DNA of 64,000 nt, from contig CAVWLS010000016.1 of assembly GCA_963755975.1 (NCBI GenBank), forward strand, positions 5,965 through 69,964. The letters run 5' to 3'. Under the pieces are notes generated by a model, which did not search any database, was not told where the DNA came from, and saw nothing but the letters and a program-made list of their open reading frames with translations. Source of the stretch: an uncultured Acidobacteriota bacterium. GTDB taxonomy: Bacteria > Acidobacteriota > Terriglobia > Terriglobales > Acidobacteriaceae. The first letter of the stretch is position 1, and the number at the start of each line of letters is the position of its first letter. The translations under genes and the position numbers were made by a program. Below, one piece after another: positions 22,735 through 30,782 of this stretch.

Positions 22735-25488
22735 ATGGGACGCTGGGCATCACTTACGATCGCAGCGCTGTTCCTGATCTCCTTCCCTGGCCGCGCCCAG
22801 GCTCCGCCCGAAGCGATCACACCAACTCCGGTCGGACAAACCACCGCACCCAACCCGGCCCAGACCATTACTCCGGGAAGCCTTCTGCAACAGAACCAGC
22901 AGCAACAATCGGCCGGCGCGAACTCCGGCCTTTATCACGAGCTCGATCTGCTCCGGCGAGATGGCTTTTCCGCGGCAAAATCGGCAACCGTCTCGCTCCG
23001 CGTCGTCGACCATGAAGGCGTGATCCCGCCCGGCTTGCAGGCCGGGGACTTCACTCTCATCGTCAACGGCAAGCAACGCGCCTTTCGCCTGCACGCGCCC
23101 GGTACGGCGGCCAGCGTCGTGCCTCCCATGGTTCTGCTCGTCTTTCCGCCGAACGATCCCGTCGTCCACAACATCGGCATAAGAGAGGCTGTTAAGTATT
23201 TCTCAGCGCAGCCCGCTGAGCTGCTCCCATGGCGCGTCGCCATCTTCGATTCCAACGGCGAAATGACGCCCTTCACCAACGGACGCAGCCAGCTTCTCGC
23301 CTTTCTCGATGAAGTCGCGCATACGAAAGAGCCCTTCGAGTACGCCAACGATGTCACCCTGGCCAGAAGTTTTCGCTGGGAGGGCCCCTGGCTGAGCAAG
23401 GCAGAGCTAGCAGTCGGCATGATGCAGCATTACGAAGGCCCCAAGATCATTATTGCCATGAATCCCGTCGACTCCTTTTACGGCCTGAATGACCAGATGC
23501 TCGCCCACGCCGGCCCCGAAGCCCTCACCGGGGTCGCCCAGCGCATCGGCGCTCACATCTACATCGGAAACGTGGGCGGGCCGGATGTCATTATTCCCGG
23601 CGGAGATGCTACTGTCGATCTGTCCCACAAAAGGCCCTCGTACTACATGCAGGTCGATCCTTCGATGACGGCTGCTTTGGGTTTCTCCGCCTATCGCAGC
23701 TCGCAAATGATGCAGACCGCCGCAGCCACTTACGGAGGCTTTGCCAATTCGCTCAACGACCTTGCCGCGCAGATCCACCGCGACCTTGACGGAGGCTACG
23801 CCCTCGACTTTGACATGACGCCCGAGGACCAGGACCACGGCATTCCGGACGTCGGGGTTCGCCTTGCACGCCATGATCTGCGCGTCGCCATTCTCGACGT
23901 CGTCCCGGTCGGTGTGTCAACCGATATCCAGCGCGATATGAACAGGGAGCAGATCTCTGCGCTGTTCAAGAAGGCCGCTGCCACGCCCATCGTGTCGCCT
24001 GAATTCCGCGTCGCCCAGCAAGTCGATTACTTCCCGCTCCGCGACGGCCTGGAACCGGTGCTGCCCATGAGCGCTGTTGTCGAGTGGACCGGCCATGGCC
24101 GGGGGCCGATACTGATCTCGATCGCAGAGCGTGTCGAAGATCCGAACCTGGCCCACGTGATCCTCGAGCGCGAGCTGCGCGTGCACTGGGACGGCCGCAG
24201 CCTTACCTGGGAACGCGACGGGCGGCTCAGCCCCGGCCACTATCTCTGGAGCATCGTCGTACACGACGGCCAGGGAAATATCTACGCCTTCAGCGAAAAG
24301 AAGATCGATGTCGTCTTCCCGCGCAGCGGAGCCATAGGCGTCAGCAGCCTGATCATTGGCAAGTCGTGCCGCGACGATTCCCCATCAACCACCGGCCTTC
24401 AGCATCGCCAGCCGCCGGGCGCAAAAGAGCAGCCACACCTGGCCATCGATCCCATGCGCGCCAACGATTGCCGCCTCAAGCCCGACACCCTCGGGAGCTT
24501 TACCTCGACCGACACCATGCATGCCTTCGTGCGCATCTATCCGCCAGAGAAGCTGGACAAAGGCAGGCCCGAGAGTTGGACGGCAAAATTCGTGCTGCGC
24601 TCGCCGTCGGGTGCCGTCGAAACGGAGCGCGAGATTCCCTTCACGCTCGACTCCAGCTCCGGCTATCTGGCCTCGGTCGAGATGCCCTTAAGCGCCGCCG
24701 AGGTCACCCCCGGCCCGCACACGCTTGACGTTGAGATGCGCGGCCCCGGCATCCATAACGGACTTCAGGGAATCGCGACCGGTGTCGATTTTGGCTCCGA
24801 ACGCTATTCATTGATCGCTGAAGGCTGTCTCCCTTCACCGCAGCAGATCGACCACATTCACGATAAAGCCCGTGCGCGGGTCGTAGACCACCACGTATCC
24901 CTGGAAGTACCCCATCATGTATCCCGGAGGAGGAGGCGGCAGATATCCGTAGAGATGCGGCGGCAGCGGCGTCAGGTAGGGGATGTAGGAATACGGGATA
25001 AATCCCCCGACAATCCAGATCGGACGCGCCCCGCGGTTGATATACCCGAGATTGCGGTAGTAATAGCGGTGGATGTAATTCCAGTCGCCCGGCCGCCATT
25101 GATAGGGCGGACGATACTGCGGCGGCCTGCCCCAGTTCGGTGGACGCGGCGGTGGCGGCTTGGGTCCGGGATTGGGCGGAGGGTAGATCCCAGGTGGTCT
25201 TCCACCTGGTGGTGGCGGCTTGGGTCCGGGGTTCGGAGGCTTAGGACCCGGTTGCGGCGGCTTCGGGCCGGGTTGCGGAGGCTTGGGGCCAGGTTGTGGC
25301 GGCTTCGGGCCGGGCTGTACCGGCTTTGGCGGGTTCGGATAGGGCTGGATGCTCATGTCGCCGCCGGGCTTGGACGGCGGACGCGGATTTTGACTCGGCG
25401 GCCGGTTCGGAGGCGGGGCCGGTCGGGTACTCGGCGGTGGAGGCTGCTGCTGGGTACTTTGCGCCGCTGCCGGCAGCATTGCCGCTAA
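22735..25488 (+). CDS. Large secreted protein distantly related to the two VWFA-related paralogues; literal ORF, but the true 3' end probably lies near 24.8 kb
   Basis: Signal peptide MGRWASLTIAALFLISFPGRAQA; VSLRVVDHEGVIPPGLQAGDFTLIVNGKQRAF. After about 24835 the frame becomes Arg-rich antisense read-through of the proline-rich gene on the other strand. No stop occurs before 25488. Confidence 0.6.
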   Translation: MGRWASLTIAALFLISFPGRAQAPPEAITPTPVGQTTAPNPAQTITPGSLLQQNQQQQSAGANSGLYHELDLLRRDGFSAAKSATVSLRVVDHEGVIPPGLQAGDFTLIVNGKQRAFRLHAPGTAASVVPPMVLLVFPPNDPVVHNIGIREAVKYFSAQPAELLPWRVAIFDSNGEMTPFTNGRSQLLAFLDEVAHTKEPFEYANDVTLARSFRWEGPWLSKAELAVGMMQHYEGPKIIIAMNPVDSFYGLNDQMLAHAGPEALTGVAQRIGAHIYIGNVGGPDVIIPGGDATVDLSHKRPSYYMQVDPSMTAALGFSAYRSSQMMQTAAATYGGFANSLNDLAAQIHRDLDGGYALDFDMTPEDQDHGIPDVGVRLARHDLRVAILDVVPVGVSTDIQRDMNREQISALFKKAAATPIVSPEFRVAQQVDYFPLRDGLEPVLPMSAVVEWTGHGRGPILISIAERVEDPNLAHVILERELRVHWDGRSLTWERDGRLSPGHYLWSIVVHDGQGNIYAFSEKKIDVVFPRSGAIGVSSLIIGKSCRDDSPSTTGLQHRQPPGAKEQPHLAIDPMRANDCRLKPDTLGSFTSTDTMHAFVRIYPPEKLDKGRPESWTAKFVLRSPSGAVETEREIPFTLDSSSGYLASVEMPLSAAEVTPGPHTLDVEMRGPGIHNGLQGIATGVDFGSERYSLIAEGCLPSPQQIDHIHDKARARVVDHHVSLEVPHHVSRRRRRQISVEMRRQRRQVGDVGIRDKSPDNPDRTRPAVDIPEIAVVIAVDVIPVARPPLIGRTILRRPAPVRWTRRWRLGSGIGRRVDPRWSSTWWWRLGSGVRRLRTRLRRLRAGLRRLGARLWRLRAGLYRLWRVRIGLDAHVAAGLGRRTRILTRRPVRRRGRSGTRRWRLLLGTLRRCRQHCR

Positions 25489-25536
25489 GCAGCACAACAA
25501 CACCCCCCTAACCACCGCAGTGAACCCGCTTCTCAT
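24835..25536 (-). CDS. Secreted proline-rich protein with an RcnB-like C-terminal domain
   Basis: Signal peptide MRSGFTAVVRGVLLCCLAAMLPAAAQ; (PGPKPPQ)n repeats; C-terminal LPPPPPGYMMGYFQGYVVVYDPRTGFIVNVVDLL. Confidence 0.7.
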   Translation of the reverse strand: MRSGFTAVVRGVLLCCLAAMLPAAAQSTQQQPPPPSTRPAPPPNRPPSQNPRPPSKPGGDMSIQPYPNPPKPVQPGPKPPQPGPKPPQPGPKPPQPGPKPPNPGPKPPPPGGRPPGIYPPPNPGPKPPPPRPPNWGRPPQYRPPYQWRPGDWNYIHRYYYRNLGYINRGARPIWIVGGFIPYSYIPYLTPLPPHLYGYLPPPPPGYMMGYFQGYVVVYDPRTGFIVNVVDLLR

Positions 25537-25655
25537 GAGCTTCTCCTGCTCTGCGATCATTCGGCGCCAGATTACTTCGATTGCGGAGGAAACGCAAACC
25601 GCCGGGCAGCCCGGAACGTTACTGAATTCCTGCCGCGCCCCTATGTTGTCCGGCT

Positions 25656-26285
25656 TTACGGCGCCGCCGCTGCCTTCCTGCCCATGCCTTTGCGCACTGC
25701 AACCACCGCCAGAACCAGCAGGATGACGCCCAGCGCCGCCAGAGTTGCCAGCATGTGCGCATGCATCAACTCGGTCAACTCGTGGACAATCTGCGGACCA
25801 TACCGGATCGTCAGCAGGCTCACCACTGTCCACCGCACCGCCCGGCCCGCCGCCACAGCGAGCATGAATGTGACGACCCGCATCTCGAAGACGCCCGCCG
25901 CGAAGACAAAGAGCTTCCACGGAGTCGGCGGCGGCATCATCGACGGAATCATCAGCGCCAGGAACTCCTGCTTCTCGAACTTATTGCGCATCTTCTCGTA
26001 GCGCGCCCGGTCGATGCGCTTCATCAGAAAGATCTCGCCGCCGGCGCGCCCGAGCCAGTAGGGAACCAGCCCGCCGATCGCCGAGCCGATCGCCGCCATC
26101 AGCACATAGAGGTAAAAACGGTGGGGATCGCTCCACGCATACCCCGCGACGATCAGGTCCATCGGCACCGGGATGGAGCTCGAATCGAGCACCGCCACCG
26201 CGCCCACCCCCCAGAAGCCCAGCGGCTTCAGGAATCCGAGCAGCAGCGCCTTGTATTTCGTCGAAAGCTCCGCCAGCCGCTTCAA
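25656..26285 (-). CDS. DedA/YqaA-family membrane protein
   Basis: [65 protein letters not shown]. Confidence 0.8.
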   Translation of the reverse strand: MKRLAELSTKYKALLLGFLKPLGFWGVGAVAVLDSSSIPVPMDLIVAGYAWSDPHRFYLYVLMAAIGSAIGGLVPYWLGRAGGEIFLMKRIDRARYEKMRNKFEKQEFLALMIPSMMPPPTPWKLFVFAAGVFEMRVVTFMLAVAAGRAVRWTVVSLLTIRYGPQIVHELTELMHAHMLATLAALGVILLVLAVVAVRKGMGRKAAAAP

Positions 26286-26776
26286 TCCTCGTCTCCCTCA
26301 TGGCGCGCCCGGCCAGCGAGCAGATCCAATGCGTGATTGAGCAGCGGCGCCACCGCTCTCAGCGAGGTCACCGCGCCAGCCGGATTTCCCGGCAGATTGA
26401 GCACCAGCGCCTTGTGCGCGTCGACGGTTCCGCAGATGCCGCGGCTCAGGGCGGCCAGAGGAGTCTCTTCGCGGCCCGCCGCACGCATCACCTCGGCCAC
26501 ACCGTCAAGCACGCGGTTGCAGACGGCGCGTGTCGCCTCGGGTGTTACATCGCGGGGGCCGATCCCGGTACCGCCTGTCGTCACCACCAGGCGCGCCTGC
26601 CGGACGGCTGAGTGGAGTGCGTCCTCGATCGCCTTGCGCTCGTCTGGTACTAAAATGCGCGCGTTCACGTCGAACCCTTGGGATTCGAGTTCCTGCGCCA
26701 CCGCCGGCCCGGAGAAATCTTCGCGCTCTCCCCGGCTCGACCGGTCGCTCACGGTAATCACGACTGCCTGAGTCAT
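26282..26776 (-). CDS. mog: Molybdenum cofactor biosynthesis protein MogA/MoaB family
   Basis: [62 protein letters not shown]. 4-nt overlap with the downstream DedA gene. Confidence 0.85.
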   Translation of the reverse strand: MTQAVVITVSDRSSRGEREDFSGPAVAQELESQGFDVNARILVPDERKAIEDALHSAVRQARLVVTTGGTGIGPRDVTPEATRAVCNRVLDGVAEVMRAAGREETPLAALSRGICGTVDAHKALVLNLPGNPAGAVTSLRAVAPLLNHALDLLAGRARHEGDED

Positions 26777-26958
26777 CCTCAACGATTGTAGGGGATCGAA
26801 AGATAGTTGCCGCAACACCTGTTGAAAGAGGCGCATCCCCGGCAAAACAGGGCTGCGGAAAAGCCTCAGGAATGAGAGAATATATATGATCCTCAACAGT
26901 GTGCCGGCGGCCGGATCTCACGTCCCTGCGCGGCACGGAATGTCCACACAGTCTTAGA

Positions 26959-28008
26959 ATGCCGATCACCGAAGTTCCGCCCAGCCCTCCGAGCGCCGCG
27001 CCTGAACCGCCCCGTCTTCGCCGGCCGAATCGATACGAGGATTACGAAGTCCACGACCTGCTCAACGTCATTGAGGAGCTCGAAGGCGATCGCAACTGGG
27101 CCAGCCTGCGCGAAAAGATCTGGATCGCGCTCATCATCCACATGATCGTCTTCTGGTTTATCGCTTACGGGCCGCGATATCTCTTCAATGTGAAGGTCCG
27201 CGATGCCTCACTGGTGCTCAAAGACCGCCAAAAGGACATGACCTTCCTCGACCTGCCTCCTGATGCCCTCAAACAGGTCAAACCAAAGCCGGCGCCGCTC
27301 TCCGACAAGAACCGCGTGGCCGAGACGCGCAAGCCCACCCTCGACAAGAAGACTCTCCAGCAGCTTGAGGCCATGCGCCGGGCCGGTCCGCCCACGCCTC
27401 AGCCGGAGGCGCAACCGTCGCCCGCACCGCCGGCTCCGCAGGTGGCCCAGCAGCCGCAACCGCAACCTCCCGCGCAGCCTTTGCCGCAGAATCAGCAGAG
27501 CCAGATCGAAGCGCCGCGTCCGGCGCCCACCAAGCCCAACTTTGACACCGGGCACTCCACCGTCGGCCAGGATATCCAGCAGCTCGCCCGCCAGGCGCGC
27601 GGTTCCGGCCAGTCCGGTGGAGACATGGGCGCCAACGCGCCCGTGCAGCATCCTGGCCTGCAGGGCGGAGCCGAGATCCTCAGCGACACCATGGGCGTCG
27701 ACTTCGGTCCGTATCTCCAGCGCATTGTCTATGACACCAAGCGCGCCTGGTATCCGATCATCCCCGAGGCCGCGCAGCCGCCCCTGCTCAAGCAGGGCCG
27801 CGTCATGATCCGCTTCCATATCCTGCGCGACGGCAGCGTGAAGAGCATGCAACTCGAGCTGCCCTCGGGAGATGTCTCGCTCGACCGCGCCGCCTGGGGA
27901 GGCATCACCGGAGCCTCGCCCTATCCGCCGCTGCCGAAAGAATTCAAAGGCCAGGATATCGAGCTGCGCTTCATGTTCCTCTACAACATTCCCGCAGGCC
28001 AGGAATAG
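26959..28008 (+). CDS. TonB-family energy transducer
   Basis: N-terminal TM (IWIALIIHMIVFWFIAY), Pro/Gln-rich spacer, C-terminal TonB domain (QPPLLKQGRVMIRFHILRDGSVKSMQLELPSGDVSLDRAAWGGI). Confidence 0.8.
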   Translation: MPITEVPPSPPSAAPEPPRLRRPNRYEDYEVHDLLNVIEELEGDRNWASLREKIWIALIIHMIVFWFIAYGPRYLFNVKVRDASLVLKDRQKDMTFLDLPPDALKQVKPKPAPLSDKNRVAETRKPTLDKKTLQQLEAMRRAGPPTPQPEAQPSPAPPAPQVAQQPQPQPPAQPLPQNQQSQIEAPRPAPTKPNFDTGHSTVGQDIQQLARQARGSGQSGGDMGANAPVQHPGLQGGAEILSDTMGVDFGPYLQRIVYDTKRAWYPIIPEAAQPPLLKQGRVMIRFHILRDGSVKSMQLELPSGDVSLDRAAWGGITGASPYPPLPKEFKGQDIELRFMFLYNIPAGQE

Positions 28009-28175
28009 GGATTTCCGAGTGGCGGCGAATGAACGGCTGTTCCGTCGACAGATTTCGGGATTGCTGATCATCGCGGCGATTATCCTGGTCATCGCGCTGC
28101 TGCGCGCCGACCGGCATGTGCTCTTCTCGCCGGGGTGGTGGCGTTGGTGAACGGAGCGACCGAGCGCAGCATTCG

Positions 28176-28203
28176 CTGAGCGAAAGTAACGTAGTCGAAC
28201 GAT
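28176..28203 (+). repeat. Degenerate partial copy of the REP-like element seen at 32143 and 60687
   Basis: ctgagcgaaagtaacgtagtcgaacgat compared with ctgagcgaagtacgcgcagcgtacgtagtcgaaggat. Confidence 0.4.
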
Positions 28204-28259
28204 TTGAAATTATTTAATCTTGTGGATGAGCGGCAAAATAAGCCGCAGGAGAACGCAAG

Positions 28260-28457
28260 ATGCATGACGCTCTGACCATTGGGATTCCGCTCGTTGCGAT
28301 TATTGCCGGCATTCTTTTCAATCGATCGGACTTCCAGAAGCTGGAGAGTCGCATTGACGCTATGCAAGCGGAAATCCACCGCGAGTTCCGCGAGTTCTAT
28401 CGCACACTCGGGCAGCATGACGTGCGCCTGGACCACGTTGAAAAGAAAGGTGCATAG
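28260..28457 (+). CDS. Small hypothetical protein (one TM helix plus a coiled-coil-like tail)
   Basis: MHDALTIGIPLVAIIAGILFNRSDFQKLESRIDAMQAEIHREF... Its TAG stop is in frame with the miaA body that follows. Confidence 0.35.
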   Translation: MHDALTIGIPLVAIIAGILFNRSDFQKLESRIDAMQAEIHREFREFYRTLGQHDVRLDHVEKKGA

Positions 28458-29419
28458 GCTACGCCGACGGCCTTCGCCACCAGCCCCGATCCCCTCGTTG
28501 TCATTCTCCTCGGCCCTACCGCCAGCGGCAAAACCGCCCTCTCGCTCACCCTCGCCGAAAAATTCCACGGAGAAATTGTCAGCTGCGACTCGGTCGCCGT
28601 GTATCAGGAAATGGAGATCGGCACCGCCAAGCCTTCACTCGCCGAACGCCGCCGGATCCCGCATCATCTGATCGATGTCTATGCGCCGAACGAGCACTCG
28701 ACTGCCGGAGACTACTCACGCCTCGCCCGTGCCGCACTGCACGAGATCGCCGGTCGCAATCAACTTCCCATCGTGACCGGAGGCACCGGCCTTTACCTTC
28801 GTGCCTTGATCGAAGGCCTCTTCGCCGGACCGCAGCGCTCGCCTGACCTGCGCGCCCGGCTCGAACGGAGTGCCCAGCGCCACGCGCCCGGCTGGCTGCA
28901 TCGCATTCTCGCCCGCCTCGACTCCCCTGCAGCCGCGCGCATCCACGCGAACGACACGCCCAAGCTCATCCGGGCTATTGAAGTTTCGCTCGCCGGGCGT
29001 CGGCCTATGTCCCAGGCGTGGAAAGAAGGCCGCGACCCGCTCACCGGATTCCGCTTCCTGCGCATCGGCCTCGACCCTGACCGCAAGGCTTTGTATGCCC
29101 GCATCGACGCCCGGGCGAAAGCGATGTTTGACCTGAAGGCACTCAGTCAGAAGAAACCCGCCGCCTCATCTCGAAATATGGAGACACGCCCCGCGCCTTC
29201 GACTCTCTCGGATACAAGCAGGCCCGCGCCGTTCTGCGCGGCGAGATGACACTTCCGGAAGCTACCGCCTCTGCCCAGCAGGGACACCGCAACTACGCCA
29301 AGCGACAGTTGACGTGGTTTCGCCGCGAGCCGGATGTTCTTTGGCTCAAGGGATTCGGAGATGAGGCGGGGATTGCTGCAGGGGCAATAGCGGCTGTCGA
29401 AGACGCGACTCCCGATTAA
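28458..29419 (+). pseudogene. miaA: tRNA dimethylallyltransferase MiaA with no canonical start upstream of its P-loop and a frameshift near 29133
   Basis: Frame 0: ..PLVVILLGPTASGKTALSLTLAEKFHGEIVSCDSVAVYQEMEIGTAKP..RIDARAKAMFD. Frame 2 from 29135: EETRRLISKYGD..LGYKQARAVLRGE..NYAKRQLTWFRRE..*. The first ATG/GTG/TTG in frame 0 is at 28599, after the Walker A motif (28512-28535). Confidence 0.8.
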
Positions 29420-29464
29420 TGATCGACTCCCATTTGCCGGTCTCGCCTTCGCAGTGCGCAATGT

Positions 29465-30658
29465 ATGATGGTGGCCGCTGAGGCCCTGTGGCCAGAAATA
29501 TATTCGCCGCCCGAGGTACGATTGCACGCAAAGAAGCCATCGCCAGCTGCCGTAAGCGCAGGAGCCAGTAACCAACCCCGCTGGGATGTATTCATTGCGC
29601 ACGCCGCCAGTGACATTCGTTTCGCGATAAGTCTCTACCGGCAACTTCTCCCCAGATTTCGGGTCTTTCTCGCATCCGAGACGCTAATTCCCGGCGATGT
29701 CTGGACCACTGCTATACCAGCCGCTCAACGCAACTCCTTAGTTACTGTTGTCCTTATGTCCAGCTCCGATAGCGGGTATTACCGGCAAGAGGAGATTGCC
29801 GCCGCGATCGAAATGGCGCGACGCCCGGACTCCAGGACGCGTGTGATTCCCGTCTTTCTGTCCAGACAGATTCCTGACGATGTTCCGTATGGCTTGCGTC
29901 AGCTTCACGCCATCAAAGGTGTGACTTCAATGAAGGTGATCGCTGAAAAGATTGGCAAAGTCGTAGAGAGAGTCGCCAACCTGGAGAGTGACACGGCTGC
30001 AACTCCTGGGTCTGGTTCGACCCTGAAATCCGACGTCTCCGGCACTGCATACGTATCCGGCAGAATGGATATATCTCCAGAGATCCTCCGCGTCTCTCCA
30101 ACAGAAGAACAGGCCGCCGCACCGAAAGAGAACCTGTCGTCTCTAAATAAGCACGAAGGCCACAACTTCCTCACGACCACGCTCATCCATAAAGTCGCGC
30201 AATGGAACGAGCTGAACGTTCACCTGTCTGTGTTGCTACTTGATTTAGACAAGCTCACCAAGATCAACAATGAATACAGCGTTGAAGTCGGAAATCAGGC
30301 ATTGGAAATTGTATTTGAGATTCTAAGGAACTCTAAGGCCAAATACTATGGCCGTTGCGGCGACGACACCTTCTATGCGATTTTTACCGGCCACGCTGCG
30401 ATCAATGCAATCCGGCGGGCCAATCTTCTCCGCAGGAACATCGAGCAATATCCATGGGATCGTCTTGCCAGCGGGCTCTACGTTACTTGCAGCATCGGAG
30501 TCGCAGTCCTGCGCCCCAGGGAGCCCGTTCCTGACTGGCTCGTCCGCGCAGCCATGGGAATGAAGGAAGCAAAGCGCCACGGAGGCAATCAGGTCGCAGC
30601 TGCGCCTGTGTTCATTCCACGATCGACTAGCCGAGAGTTGCGCGACCACTATTCCTGA
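29465..30658 (+). CDS. TIR domain - degenerate GGDEF domain fusion protein
   Basis: TIR: WDVFIAHAASDIRFAISLYRQLLPRFRVFLASETLIPGDVW..VVLMSSS..YYRQEEIAAAIE..VIPVFL. GGDEF fold: LLLDLDKLTKINNEY..YGRCGDDTFYAIF..CSIGVAVL..MKEAKRHGGNQV. Lower GC than the neighbours. Confidence 0.75.
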   Translation: MMVAAEALWPEIYSPPEVRLHAKKPSPAAVSAGASNQPRWDVFIAHAASDIRFAISLYRQLLPRFRVFLASETLIPGDVWTTAIPAAQRNSLVTVVLMSSSDSGYYRQEEIAAAIEMARRPDSRTRVIPVFLSRQIPDDVPYGLRQLHAIKGVTSMKVIAEKIGKVVERVANLESDTAATPGSGSTLKSDVSGTAYVSGRMDISPEILRVSPTEEQAAAPKENLSSLNKHEGHNFLTTTLIHKVAQWNELNVHLSVLLLDLDKLTKINNEYSVEVGNQALEIVFEILRNSKAKYYGRCGDDTFYAIFTGHAAINAIRRANLLRRNIEQYPWDRLASGLYVTCSIGVAVLRPREPVPDWLVRAAMGMKEAKRHGGNQVAAAPVFIPRSTSRELRDHYS

Positions 30659-30662
30659 ATCG

Positions 30663-30726
30663 TTGACACAGAAATCCCTCCAGCTTAAAGGTGTATCGTG
30701 GATAACGGTTTCATATAACGGTTTCA
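30663..30726 (+). promoter_or_regulatory. Candidate promoter (TTGACA-17 nt-TAAAGG) followed by a 12-nt direct repeat, upstream of the oxidoreductase gene
   Basis: ttgaca at 30663-30668; taaagg at 30686-30691; ataacggtttca at 30702-30713 and again at 30715-30726. Confidence 0.3.
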
Positions 30727-30782
30727 GCCGGGGCACGATTCAGGCTGCCGAAACACCACACGATACGGAGACGCCTTCGCCA

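Noticed and set aside
27208-28092. A 294-aa minus-strand ORF antisense to the TonB-like gene, and ORF 46584..47576 antisense to the glycosylase gene.
   Set aside because: They are shadow ORFs opposite genes with clear family signatures.
28019-28150. A 43-codon GTG ORF after the TonB-like gene, encoding a single TM helix (..ISGLLIIAAIILVIALL..SPGWWRW).
   Set aside because: It is possibly a real small membrane protein. It is too short to support without conservation data, so it is left unannotated.
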